NCBI GenBank assembly: GCA_024679065.1
Contig: JAGIQG010000001.1
Span: 117,924,001-117,988,000, forward strand
Length of the DNA stretch: 64,000 bases
Reading direction: 5' to 3'
Source of the DNA: Sphyrna mokarran
Lineage: Eukaryota
Under the pieces are notes generated by a model. It saw only the letters and a program-made list of their open reading frames with translations, was not told where the DNA came from and searched no databases. This document shows, piece after piece, positions 39,039-51,599 of the stretch. How positions within the stretch are numbered: position 1 is the stretch's first letter; each line of letters begins with the position of its first letter. The position numbers and the translations under genes were made by a program.

Positions 39039-39267
39039 CTCAACATCCCTGCTCCTTGCAACTTCTGTGAAATTTTCCTGCTGTTCCAACGTTTTGTCCA
39101 CCTTGTCATCTGTCATACAAAAGCATCTTAACCGTGCCTCGATTGGATCAAGTGATTTGGCAAAAACTACAAATTTGGCCATATATGGTACACAGATAAT
39201 TTCTCTGTACACTTGTGTGGCAAAGTTGACAGATTCTTGAATCTGCCGGCAATCTATGAGCCAGAAC
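39039..39267 (-). CDS. ANK2: ANK2 exon, ZU5-B end/UPA start ([10 protein letters not shown]...VARSRDVE), 229 nt
   Basis: ttcag|G and GAG|gtactt. Confidence 0.97.
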
Positions 39268-39344
39268 CTGAAAACAAGCAAAATAAGAAACATTTTATTC
39301 AGTCTGAGCCAGCCGTCTGTTATTCAATAGAGTACTGAATTAGT

Positions 39345-39852
39345 TAGGCACACTAAAATTTTACAGATGCACCATAGAAAGCATTCTTTCTGGTTGTATC
39401 ACAGCTTGGTATGGCTCCTGCTCTGTCCAAGACCACAAGAAATTACAAAAGGTCATGAGTGAATTCCAGTCCATCAGCTGAACCAGTTTCCCATCCACTG
39501 ACACTGTCTATAATTCCTATTGTCTTGGAAAAACAGCTAGCATAATTAAGGACCCCATGCACCCAGGACACACGTTCTTCCATCTTCTTCTGTCAGAACA
39601 AATATACAAAAGTCTAAGGACATGTATCAACCAACTCAAGAACAGTTTCTTCCCTATTGCCATCAGACTTTTGAATTGACGTACCTTGCATTAGATTGAT
39701 CTTTCTCTACACCCTAGGTATGAGCGTAACACTACATTCTGCACTATCTCCTTTCTTTCTGTATGAACAGTATACTTTGCCTCTACGGCATGCAGAAAAC
39801 AATACTTTTCACTGTATACTAATACATATGACAATAATAAGTCAAATCAATC
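39345..39852 (+). mobile_element. Rex1/Babar-type LINE 3' fragment
   Basis: Translates FYRCTIESILSGCITAWYGSCSVQDHKKLQKV; later HPGH..F.LL and KNSFFP; AATAA-rich tail. Confidence 0.8.
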
Positions 39853-39945
39853 ATTGAATAAGTGATGATTACTTCTACATTCAACAAACTAATATAGCTT
39901 AGGAAATCATGGGTGCGCAGTTCTAAAATTCTCCAAAATCCTTAC

Positions 39946-40042
39946 CTCGCTGACACATTTGTAGTGAAGGAAACACATTCATTGACAAATGATAATGGCG
40001 TAGTTCCGGTTATATCTTCCCATTGGGCTGGTGTTGTTCCAC
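39946..40042 (-). CDS. ANK2: ANK2 exon, ZU5-B ([32 protein letters not shown]), 97 nt
   Basis: ctag|GT and AG|gtaagg; read manually. Confidence 0.96.
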
Positions 40043-40379
40043 CTAGAAATCAAGGCAAAGCCAATAACTATTATTGTAAAGCTGTAAAATGTGCCTTTCA
40101 ATCACAAGAGAGTGAAATACGTGAAGAGTAGATTTGCCACACAGTGTATTAGGTGGTTCCTCATGAAACAACACAACTTGAAATATAAGTATACCCACAC
40201 TAAAAGTGACTATATTGTGAAGCTAAATGCCATATATGGTGTTTATAAAACTATTAATCAACAGCAATTATAATGAATAACACTGTGTTAAACATTTGCA
40301 AATATTTTGTACTGTAAAGTAGGACTAGGCAAGTAGTGCAGGGGTCTCTTGAGATAACCAAGACTGAGTCAGAGATTAG

Positions 40380-40920
40380 GAATTCAGCACTGAGTAACTC
40401 ACCTCCTGACTCACCAAAGCCTGCCCACCATCTACAAGGCACAAGTCAGGAGTCCACTTGCCTGGATAAGTGTGGCTCCAACATTCAAAAAGCTCAACAC
40501 CATCTAGGATAAAGCAGCCCACTTGACTGACATCACATGCACGCTCTTGAACATCAGTTCCAACACCACTAATGCACAGTGGCAGCAGTGTGTACCACAT
40601 ATAAATTGCACTCCAGCAACTCATCAAGCCTCCTTCGATAGCACCTTTCAAACTCATGACCTCAATCAGCTTGGCCAAGTGCAGCAGGCGCATGGGAGCA
40701 CCACTTCCTGCAAATTCCCCTCCACGTCACACACACCATTCTGACTTGGAGATATTCTGTATTTCTTTCACTAGTGCTGGATCAAAATGCTAGAATTTCC
40801 TTCTGAATGTACTTTAAGTAGCAAAGCGATTCAGAAGACAGACAGCTCATCATCACCAAAGGCAATTAGGAATGGGCAACATACGTTAACCTTGCAAGGG
40901 AACCTCACATTCCATGGTAG
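40380..40920 (+). mobile_element. LINE 3' fragment (family sharing the SacSINE1-type tail)
   Basis: ccatctacaaggcacaagtcagg, cagtggcagcagtgtgtacca, ggcaattaggaatgggcaa. Confidence 0.7.
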
Positions 40921-41074
40921 ATGATATAAAGACTTGCTCTCCAGTCATATTTAGTTCTGAATATTGGCGAGAGTGAGTTTTCCTAATACAATTGGAGATC
41001 AACTAATAGTGGCTGCCTCCTCTGTGCTGTGATTGATGGCAGGGGGGAGGGGTGGAGGATGACCAGAAAAGAAA

Positions 41075-42800
41075 TCATGATAGAAAAACAAATAATTGGG
41101 GTTCAGACAGGTGTATCTGTGGCCACTAACGTAATTCCATGATGGTATGTTGCCTCCCTGGTGCCAAGATTAAGAATATCACAAATTGGTGGCCCATATT
41201 GATACTAATGACATGGGCAAAAAGAAGGGTGAGATCCTGCATGCAGATTTAAGGGAGCTAGAAAATAACTTGGAACGTAAGACCTTATTCTCCAGATTAC
41301 ACTCACGCTAAGTAGAGAAACAGATGCTGTATGTTGGAGGGAAAGTGTAGAGGAAGGGCTTTAGATTCCTAGGGTAAGGGTGTAGGACAGGAGTAAATAT
41401 GTACTCAAATTTCTGAGAAGTGTAAGAACATTTGGACAGTAATATGAGGAGATTTCAATTACTTGATTATTAATTGAGATAAATTTAATGTAAAAGATAC
41501 AGAAGTTACAGAATTGTTAAAATGAATTCAGGGAACTTGAACAGGCAATAAAAATCCTAATGAAAAAAGGCAATTGTGAACTTAGTTTTAGGGAATTAAA
41601 CTGGGCAGTTGGAGAGCATTTTAGAGGTAGCAATCATAATTCAGTTAGTAGTTAAAGAAAAGCCAAGGTGATCAACTCTTGTGAAGTAAGATAAGGGACA
41701 CATCAATCACCATGGGTAGATAGGTGGATGGGGGTGGTTGTAGTGACTGTGAGATTGAAAGAGCAGGGGCCATGAGGGAGAAGTGGGTGGAAAGGAGATT
41801 AGTAAGCATCACTGTTTGGGTGGGAGGGAGAAGTCGGGGGAGAAGTGGTCAAGGGAGGGGAGGAGGGCTCTTGAAACTGTGACAGCAAGGGGGTTTTAAA
41901 TTCAACTAAAACTCACAAATGATCTTGTTGAGTTATAACATCATTTATCTTTCTGCTGGCTAATTTACTCATGTGTTTAAATTGCTGAAACTCACCCTGG
42001 ATCCCAGGGTCAGACTCCCACAAGCTGTCCTAGAAATAAGAGACAAAGTGTTTTCCTTAAGAATGTGGTTAGGTCAGGCTATCAAAATAATTGGGATCCC
42101 TTAAAATAAAGGTTGCTATGGGAAAAAGTTAAAGATAGAACAAGGGTAAATTTTTAAAAGTTGGATGAGGGCTATTGTGTTTCATTCCTTGCAGAGATAT
42201 ATTTCACCAAGTTCTAGGTGAACAAGATTAATTATAAATGCTTTCAAATTGTCTATAGCTTTCACTTTCTCTCGAATATACCCAGCACAATGAACAGTTA
42301 AAAGACATACACAAACACCATACTGGTTTCCTCCCTCGTAGTTATACTGTTATGCTGTATACAACGACAGCCAATTAAGCTGAGATGTGATTTGCAAAAA
42401 TGGATTGAAAATAGCTCCTCGAAGATAAATCAGTGTCAAAGTTGAGTTAGGCATTCAAAGATGTAAGATAGGTTCAGAATGAACATGTTCCAGTAAAACA
42501 AAAAAGCCAGACCACCACTATTCCCCCTCACCCCCAATACCCCCTGCCCCAGACACCATTCTCTGCCCAAACCCCTATCCCTGGGATATCAAAAAGCACA
42601 GAGAATAGGAAAAAGCAAAATAAAATTTATGCAGAAGCCAAAGATTCAAAACCACAGAAAGCCAGGATGAGCATAGTAGGTGCAGTAATTAAATTTAAAA
42701 AAGGAGTGCATGAACAACTACTGACAAAATCAAGGAAAACCCATCGAATATTGTATGAAAACAAAGTACGCAACAACACCAAAGGGAAGAGTTAGCTGCT
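41075..42800 (+). mobile_element. Fragmented old CR1 (ORF1 esterase and endonuclease/linker remnants)
   Basis: atggtatgttgcctccctggtgccaag = MVCCLPGAK (CR1 ORF1); VGEHFRGSNHNS; IKENP; interrupted by other repeats. Confidence 0.55.
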
Positions 42801-43199
42801 GAGACTCAATGGATGGATGAATGATGAGCAATGCCGTGCTCATTATCCCATCCACTTTCCTTTTGCCACACATTTGTCAGAATACATCCATACTGTCAGT
42901 CCTTGGCCAAGTCTCTCACATCTGCACATGATCACAGTACGACTAAGAGGGAGAATTGTTAGTGGTTGTGGAATACAAATGTTATCTTAGAGTTACAGCT
43001 ACAACAGATATGGCACCAAACATTTGCAAAGAACAAGTTTTTCCAGCACACTTCATCAGTAATCATTGATGATATGAAGAAAATGGCGACTGGACACAAT
43101 CACACAAATGTGAATGAGAATATTGTAGTCTGAAACATTCAGGAACTTTCAGCCTTACATTTTTATTCATAGAATAAAACACACAGGAGACATGGAGGT

Positions 43200-46100
43200 A
43201 GGGATAGGTTCAGTTGCTCCAAGCTTTCTAACTAATACCTGCACATGTTAGTGGATATGGGATCCAGAAAAGGAGAACAGTCCTGTGCTCTATGGCACTG
43301 TAATGCCCTTGCAGCAACCATTATGGCCTGGGTTCAAATAGTGGTTGTGGTGAGCACAGCAGTAAACCATCAACGCTCATGGATTCAATGCAGATAAAGA
43401 TTCAATGACCTGCTGCATTGCAGTAAAGTGATTGGCTGGGCTCACCCACAAAGAACTGCTAGGAAAGTATCATATCTACATGCTGTAGATAAGATTTGAG
43501 ATATGGTATTTAGTTCTGCTTCAGCAATGAGGCTTCTCTGTGCATGCAGCTCACAAAGGTATGTGTAGAACATTTGCATGAGTACTGAGATGCACAAATG
43601 CAGTGAAGAGTAATATAACTCCATGCACTATATCTCTGGCTAATATAAACCCATTTTGTTTTTGCAGTGGAAAAGTTTGAAGAATGCAATGGAGATGGCC
43701 CAAACTGAGGGTCGGTTGCTGGCTGAGATCCATCAGCCTCATGACAGCCCATGTACCTGAACAGCTATGAATGACATGCCAGTCAGGACTGCTGTCTGTG
43801 CAGAGATTCAAAACCACAGTTTGAATGAAGCCCCTAACGTGTTTGAACGGTGAGGCAGGGCGCCCACACCTCATGTTGCTTAGGGAGAGAAGTGAGTAGT
43901 CTTCCTCCATCTCCACCACGGAAACAGGGGAACATTTTGTAGGAGTGTACAAGAGCCAAAGGCACCTTCTCGCCCAGAGAAAAAATAGATTAATCGTGGT
44001 TATGCTATTCACACTGTATATGGCACACTTGAGAACTTCGTGAATATAATTACTTATATATGTATATGACTCAGTGTATGTTTGTTCAATTCAAAAAGAA
44101 TGGTAACATTCTGAAGGCTGCTTTTACCAGTAATAATGTGGGTCGCCTGCTGAGGCCTATCTCGACATGCCTTCAACAGACACTGGGCAAGAGGGACATG
44201 TCAAATTGAACATCATGGATACAAGATGTTCATCTTCACTGCTTTGTTATACATTTACCTAGGTGTACACATCATAGCTCAAGACATGTACCGTGCAAGC
44301 AATATTGCTTATCTGTTGCACTCACTGTTTTGGCTGCATTTGCATCCAAGTTCGGAGTTTGGTTACAAGTGGTGTTTTGGGGTCTGTTTTGGGGCCCCTG
44401 CTGTTTGTAATTTTTATAAATGATCTGGATGAGAGTATTGAAGGATGGATTAGTAAATTTGCGGATGACACTAAGGTCGGTGGAGTGGTAGATAGTGAAG
44501 AGGGGTGTTATAGTTTGCAGAGAGACTTGGACAAGTTGCAGAGCTGGGCCGAGAGGTGGCAAATGGAGTTTAATGTGGAAAAGTGTGAGGTAATGCACTT
44601 TGGCAGGAACAATAAATGTGTAGAGTATAGGGCTAATGGTAGGGCTCTTAATAGTGTTGAGGAACAGAAGGATCTTGGTGTATGTGTCAATAGATCCCTG
44701 AAAGTAGGCAGTCAAGTGGATAAAGTTGTTAAGAAGGCATATGGAGTCTTAGCTTTTATTGGTAGGGGGATTGAATTTAGGAGCCGCAGCATCATGTTGC
44801 AACTGTACAAAACTCTAGTGCGGCCGCACTTGGAGTATTGTGTGCAGTCCTGGTCCCCACATTATAAGAAAGATGTGGAGGCATTGGAGAGGGTACAGAG
44901 GAGGTTTACCAGGATGTTGCCTGGTATGGAGGGCAGGTCCTATGAAGAGAGGTTGAAGGATTTGAGGTTGTTTTCGTTAGAAAGGAGGCGGCTAAGAGGG
45001 GATCTTATTGAAGCATATAAGATGATTAGAGGTTTAGATAGGGTGGACAGTGATAGCCTTTTTCCTAGGATGGAGAAAGCTAGCACGAGGGGACACAGCT
45101 TTAAATTAAGGGGTGATAGTTATAGGACGGATATCAGAGGTAGGTTCTTTACCCAGAGGGTGGTTAGGGAGTGGAATGCCCTGCCTGCGGCAGTTGTAGA
45201 TGCGCCAAGTTTGGTGGCGTTTAAGAGGTTAGTTGATAAGTTTATGGAAGAGAAGGGAATGGTTTAGTTTGGAGGGTCATTGCTTTTTTCATAATTGGTC
45301 GGCGCAACATCGAAGGCCGAAGGGCCTGTTCTGCGCTGTAATGTTCTATCTTCTATGTTCTAAGTGTCACAGCTTGTACATTGTGCAATAACCAGAGGTG
45401 TGTGGATATTAGGAATGTTCACTTGGCATCTACTTCAGAAACTAGACTATTGGCTGAAATGGATGGTGCACAAGTTCTTTCTAAGAACTGTTGTTACACA
45501 GTTCTGTGTTCCTCATGCACAATATATCTTATCCATATGAAAGGTTTATATGCTGAACCAATCACCATGTATTGGATTTGAATTCTGACATGATATCACT
45601 TTCTGCATTTTGGGCATGGTATAATTATACAGTTTGATGGCATGGACTTCTCATTTACAGTCATTGGAGTTCATGAGGGGGCCAGGTTTAAATGACATTA
45701 TCATGTGCTTTTGCAATAGATAATAGTGAAGGCTTCAGCCATGTGAACATGGTTGAGTCCAACTCATTAATGTTTATTATCTCCCTTTGGGAGATGTGAA
45801 GTCCCTTGAGTAATTGTGGAGCCAACATACAATGTTCTTCACAGAGAATGAATTTGCATTGCTATGCAGCAGGAAGCACACCATTATTGTACCTGATACC
45901 CTTGTTGGAACACATTGTAGAGCTCTACCTGAGCAATTGAAGCATCTTGAGCACATCTTTAAAATGCTAATTGCCTGCTCGATTATACTTGTGGTGACAA
46001 CATGGCTTCTTTTGTACTTGCGCTCTGTTTGTAGGCTCATTATCCAAGTTCATAAAGGTTAGCTCTGGTTTCTGAGAAGCCATTCACGAATCTACATTGG

Positions 46101-46260
46101 TACCTGAGGAGCTAAGATACTTTGGAATTCCTCAGTATGAACAAGTTGTGGTAGCTGCCACAGAACTTGCACATATATCTGAAGGAAGCTAATGTGGTGA
46201 TCACAAACCACCTGTGGTGATGTTGGTGCAATCAATCACATCCTGCACCTGAGAGAAGAC
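43200..46260. mobile_element. Decayed PIF/Harbinger transposon: Myb/SANT-like gene (+) and DDE transposase (-), interrupted by CR1
   Basis: On +, 43374-43415 reads RSWIQCR*RFNDLL. On -, 45860-46250 reads VQDVIDCTNI, QVVCDHH and IIEQAISILKMCSRCFNCSGRALQC...MVCFLLHS. Confidence 0.72.
44355..45362 (+). mobile_element. Young CR1 LINE, 3' 1 kb with open RT C-terminal frame (copy 3)
   Basis: Same family as 19381 and 20046; FADDTK intact; ends in (ttctatg) tail. Confidence 0.95.
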
Positions 46261-46269
46261 TACTAATTG

Positions 46270-46520
46270 GGCTTCACAATTATTCAAGAGGTCCAGCACA
46301 ACCTCCCTGTTGTTAAACTTTATGCCTCATCTAATAAAGGCAATTGTAGTATATGCCTTTTTAAATACTTTAACCACCTATCCTGCTACCTTAAGGGACC
46401 AGTGTGCATGCATACTAAGGTCCCTCTGATTCTCAATGCTTCGCAGGGTCCTGTCATTTATTATGTATTCCCTTGCCTTATTTGTCTTGTCAAAGTGCAT
46501 CACCTCACATTTCCTCCATT
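46270..46520 (-). mobile_element. Old CR1 RT fragment
   Basis: Antisense to the GEVMHF..., QRDL..., LNNREV region. Confidence 0.55.
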
Positions 46521-47844
46521 ATACTTATGCATATTCCCTAGAGCACCTCCATTGCCACTTACTCAGGCACCAGGAGCCATACATAGATGAAAATAGTAAA
46601 CTTTCAACAATTTAATGCATCTCTTATTCATACACATGTGGCAGCAAAAAACAAACTCATTTGAGAAACCCATTCAAAGTTTTTAACTCTTCTCAACTGG
46701 TTCATCTTTTATAAAAACAAATAAACCTTGATTCGGACACCACATGAATGACAGCTTATTCTTAAAATGACACTTTAAAGTGTGAAATTTAACTTTTGCT
46801 GTTTTGATTGTAGATTTTGAAACTCAGCCAAGCATTGAATGAATTAATAATAGCTCTTGGGGAAATGTCAACAAAGATCTCTATTGAAACTGCACTATCA
46901 TATCATCTGCCAATCAAAGCAGTCCAGCTCAGATTATTTTAAACTCTTACTAACAGTTTAAGCATATTTTTACATGTTTCAAGAACAAAGAATTTAGAAA
47001 ACCTCAGATCATGACTAGAGAGCAGACTTTATTCCTCTTTCAAAAGTGCGTATGCCTATTCAATCCAATCATGAATTCCACACTGTGGTTTAAGGCCATT
47101 ACAACAACTAAAATGGAGTCTATTTGTGGTCAACACTAATTTCAAATGACCCTACTGAGATTGGGTTTCCCTTTTCGGTGAATCACACCCCATCCCACTA
47201 ACTCTACTCACAGAACTTTGATCCATCCGAAACGTGGCAGGGCTTCCACATTGGGACCTGCTTACCATGTTAAAGGTCCAAAATGCAACAAAAATCTGTC
47301 CCTTGTACTCAAAGTTGCTAAAAGCAGTGATAGGAGTAGCAATTTTTCAATTTTGCTTAAATATGAAAATTGCATGGTGGACATGTAGCACCTTATGTTC
47401 AAGAATGGAAAGTGGCGGGGGGATGGGGAGGCGATTACCAGTTATTAGCTAGTTGTATGTGAGAAATTTAAAGGAGGACTGTGAAAAAAAAAGGACAGAT
47501 TAGAATATTGTGGTTGAGGTATACATGAATTTTCTAAATCTGCTTAATAAGGTGACTCAGAATGAACTTGAGAAAAATGCAGGCATATGCTGCAAGAGAA
47601 AAATCAAACTTGAAATAAATGCTTGATGGGCAGGAAAAAAAGAATCATAATAAACATGGATGGGTTAGAGTGAAGAAGCGTTAGAAGTGGCACATCCCAA
47701 TGGTCTTTTTTTTCTCATTTCAATGGAATGAAAATTAGACAGATTCTCTGGCAGGTGAATGACACACTTCACCAAATGAGCAGCCAAACAGTGAAATCAA
47801 AAGATAAAAGTGAAATACTACAAATGCTTGAATTGAAGCAAAAG

Positions 47845-48022
47845 AAACAGAAAATGCTGGAAAAATCTCAGTAGCTCTGACAGCATCTATGGTACAGAAT
47901 AGGGCCAATGTTTAACACTTTGTCAACTCTGACGAAGGGTCATCTAGACTCAAAACATTGGCTCTATTTTCATCCCACTGATGTTGTCAGACCTGCTGAG
48001 ATTTTTCCAGTATTTTCTGTTT
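47845..48022. mobile_element. Palindromic Penelope-type repeat remnant with decayed hammerhead core
   Basis: Arms aaacagaaaatgctggaaaaatctcag / ctgagatttttccagtattttctgttt; the loop contains ctgacgaagggtc...gactcaaaac. Confidence 0.65.
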
Positions 48023-48092
48023 TTGGTTGTGTGAGTGAAAACAAAAGTTTCAATTTGGTGTCACCATTCAAAACTAGATGCTGCTATCTTAC

Positions 48093-48297
48093 CTGTTATA
48101 CTGCAAAGTAACCTGAGAGTTGGGGTATCTCCACCGTAGCCATTCATTAGCCCTTCAGTGGAGTATTTAGGAATGGGGATTGTCATTGTAATTGGTTTAT
48201 GGAATTTCCTTCTTCTAGGCTCCAGGGTGACTATTGGACTAAAGGTTGCTTTGTTACCCAGAATTTTCTTGACTAGCTCAGTGTGCATTGGTTGGGC
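48093..48297 (-). CDS. ANK2: ANK2 exon, ZU5-B ([11 protein letters not shown]...LRLLCSIT), 205 nt
   Basis: cccag| and ACAG|gtaaga. Confidence 0.97.
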
Positions 48298-48433
48298 CTG
48301 GGCATTAAGGAAAAAAAACAATGAAAACTCTTTTTAACATAGAAAACATAGTGAATTAATATTACCTATTTAAACATTTTTAATAATTGTTTCCAGAAAG
48401 GTATGTTGTTTAAACCACTGAGATATCAGTTAC

Positions 48434-48645
48434 CTGGAGGCCAACTCTAATCCTCTTCGTTAAAGCTCCTTCAGGGAAGACGGCCTGAACCTGTGGTACC
48501 ACAGTACTGCTTAGCACACCCCCTTCTGGCCCAATCAAGTTACTGTCCTGTCTCACCCGAGACACAACCGCAAAATACTGTGGGAAGTCCCTGGTGATGA
48601 TACGACAAATGCGTTTTTTGTCAAGTTCCTCTGGGCTGTCAAGCA
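48434..48645 (-). CDS. ANK2: ANK2 exon, ZU5-A end/ZU5-B start ([17 protein letters not shown]...IRVGLQ), 212 nt
   Basis: tacag|TG and CAG|gtaact. Confidence 0.97.
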
Positions 48646-50003
48646 CTGTAATTAGAAAGAAAAAAATCATTACTGCAGATTTTCTACTTAAATTGTGCAC
48701 CTTAATCATAAATGTACACCCCACTGCTCAATGATCTATTTAAGAAGAAAACAAATTACCAAAAGTAATTGAATCAGAAATCACAATTGAACGCAACACT
48801 AAATTACTAAAATACATTATTTTCAGAACACGTTTATGATTTAATTTTGATCTATTAAATCAATGTGTTTTAATGGCCTTGAGCAAAGTAGTTTGCACAT
48901 TTTAAAGATGCCAGTGTTAATGGTGCAGTTAAAAGGTAAATTTAATAGTTCTGAGGAGCAAATCTAATACATGGGAAAAGCTATATTCTCCAAACTTGAA
49001 CATACCACTGGGGACAATGTTAGATGAAGCCTATGAAAGATACCTACTGACAAAATACAGAGACAAATGGTGTTAAGTATAAAGGTGCGAGTGGCGGAGA
49101 GTAGGTTTTAAGTATCTGAAAGAAGGTAAATGGTGGAAGACTGGTGATGAGAAGAAGCAGAGCAGCTAGTGTAAACAAGAAAATTGAAAGTGCATCTTTT
49201 GGGAAGTCAGCAAAGGTGTGGTAGCCTTTACTCGAAAAAAGGGCTCAGGGCAGGAATGATCAATCATGGGTTGGGTGTACATGCCTGCAGACATCAAAAC
49301 TAGATGGTAGTATTGTTCAAGCTCATACCATCAGTGATATCTAACAATGTCTGATGACCTGCATTGTGAGAGAAGTAGTAATTATACTTTTTGTGTCATA
49401 CAACTGAGAAATCATAACTTATTCAACAGACCTTCGTCGCACAGAAGTGATGCATCATTCCTTAATTTCATAATCATAATCTAGAATCTTGATAAAATTT
49501 AGATTTTAAAATTGAATGTTTGAATGATGTTATTCAAAAATAATGATCATATTAAACAATCCAATAAGTTTTGAATTCAGAAAGAACTATTTCTAGTTCA
49601 AGGCATCATTCTATTGTTTGCTCTAATAGATGGAATTATTCTTCATAGAATAAGATAATCTATGACTGAAAGTTTCTTTCTAAAAAGTGACTGATGTTGC
49701 TTTCTCAATGTCATGCAGCTGTTAACATTGTTACAGCCTTTTTCCAATTCCACACTTGCTTCAAAAATTACAAACTCTTTCAGCAATTCCCAATAATACC
49801 AAGAGTAAGGCCTACTACATTAGCCCACAGTCAAAGGATAAATTCAGATTGATTTAATGGATCTAAATGCAACTACAAGGTAAGATGAATGTTGGACTCG
49901 CAACTACTGAAAATGTGTCATAAGATAATTACAATGACCCTTTTTTTTATTAAGTGTCTCTTGCACTACCTGACACCTCCCACCACCTCAACAAGGTTGA
50001 TAC

Positions 50004-50158
50004 CTTCATCCATCCCATTCAATATTTCATTCAACTCTTCCTCAGTATATTCACATTGATGTTCCTTCCAGGTCTCCCCAGTTTCGCTGCGCAGCACCAC
50101 CAGCTCCCGTTCCTTTCCACGCACAGCTGCAAAGTGTGGAATCTCCACAATCACAGGC
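50004..50158 (-). CDS. ANK2: ANK2 exon, ZU5-A ([18 protein letters not shown]...ILNGMDE), 155 nt
   Basis: tttcag|G and GAAG|gtatca. Confidence 0.97.
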
Positions 50159-51599
50159 CTGAAACACCAGATGTTAAAATGAGTAAAATGTGGAAGCTGA
50201 CCTAATTCCAACATGTCTCATGCCACTATTTACCAATTTTATATAGTCAGTAACAAAGTGAGCTGGCATTCATTTGTTAACACAGACGCAAGATGTAGGG
50301 ACGACTAAATAGGAATGCAGAGTTTGCCTCAGTGTCAAGTTACCTTGAATTAGCTGCAAGCGAAATAGGTTGCATCAATTAAGGTGCATTCCATCATTTA
50401 AAGCAAAGCATCTAAAATGTATTTCCTATTTCATTTTTATTTTCCTTTGTTTTTCTAATAGAAGCTATCTTTCTAGGACACAATAGTCATTTGTATTGAG
50501 AAGTTCACTAAAACTATTTGTGATCAGGTAATAGAAAATTGAATTACTGACTGTCATTATATAATTGCCTGACCTGGAATTAACTTTAATTGAAATCACA
50601 ACCAAAGAGGTGATAGAGAGGATAACATCCTGAAAAACATGCTGGGAATCTGAACTATTTTACAACAGATTCAACATCTTCCTGCCCTGAAGTTATCCTG
50701 AAATGCTCTCCAACCATTTAACAAATTGCTAACATCCCCAAAAGTTTATAACATAGACTTACTAGTTTCAATCAACATTCCGCAAGGATCTGAATTAGTT
50801 CTGAATTTTGGTAGACTAACTAACAATATCATATCGTAGACAATATCAATGATGATAAATAAATGAGTGTAAACTATAGAAATGTTGATTAGCGGTCAAA
50901 ATATTTGTAGGCAGTTTGGACTGACCTTGCAGGGTCCTCTGAAGTCATAACAAGGGGCAGCAGGGCTCTGAGAACAACGGTGCCAGGCAATGTGTCAATT
51001 TCAAGGTACCAATCTCTATTTTGGCAATAATCATTACAGACTTCTTACTGTGTTCATCTCAGTCCAACACTGGCATTTCTACATCATAATAATCACTACG
51101 GTAGAGGTGGCAGAAGGAAAGACAGGAATCCCAATCTCCTCCCAATTGAATTTGTCAGGGGATAAAGTTCTAATTTTTAAAGTGTCATACAGCTCATTCT
51201 TGTGTTCAAAAACTGACTGGCTGAAGACACATAGGTACAAAATGGGGAATCAGTCATGGTTGCCCAGGGCATCACTCCAGCCTCAAAAGAATGTCAGCAG
51301 GGAAAAGGGAGACTTCACAATTGGTAAGGGGATGTCCTTGACATTGCAGAGTGGCAAGAAAAGTGGGTACTGAGTGCCTGGGTTGAAGAGGGGTCACCCC
51401 GCCACATCAACCCAGGAGGTTCATAGGGGCAGAAGAGGAAGGAGCAAGGTTTCCAAGGAAAGCTGGGTGGCTAGCCAACCACCCAGAAGGAAGGTTTCAG
51501 CTGATGTGGGACAAGATTATCGCATTTTAAGCCCCTTGACAAAGGGAGGAACACCCTCCTTAGGGAGGAGGGCAGAACTCCAAGACATCAGGAGGGCAT

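Noticed and set aside
44293-45267. 324-aa RT ORF as a domesticated or novel reverse-transcriptase gene
   Set aside because: It is a 5'-truncated CR1 nearly identical to other copies, lacks the N-terminal RT motifs, and its start lies in flanking DNA.
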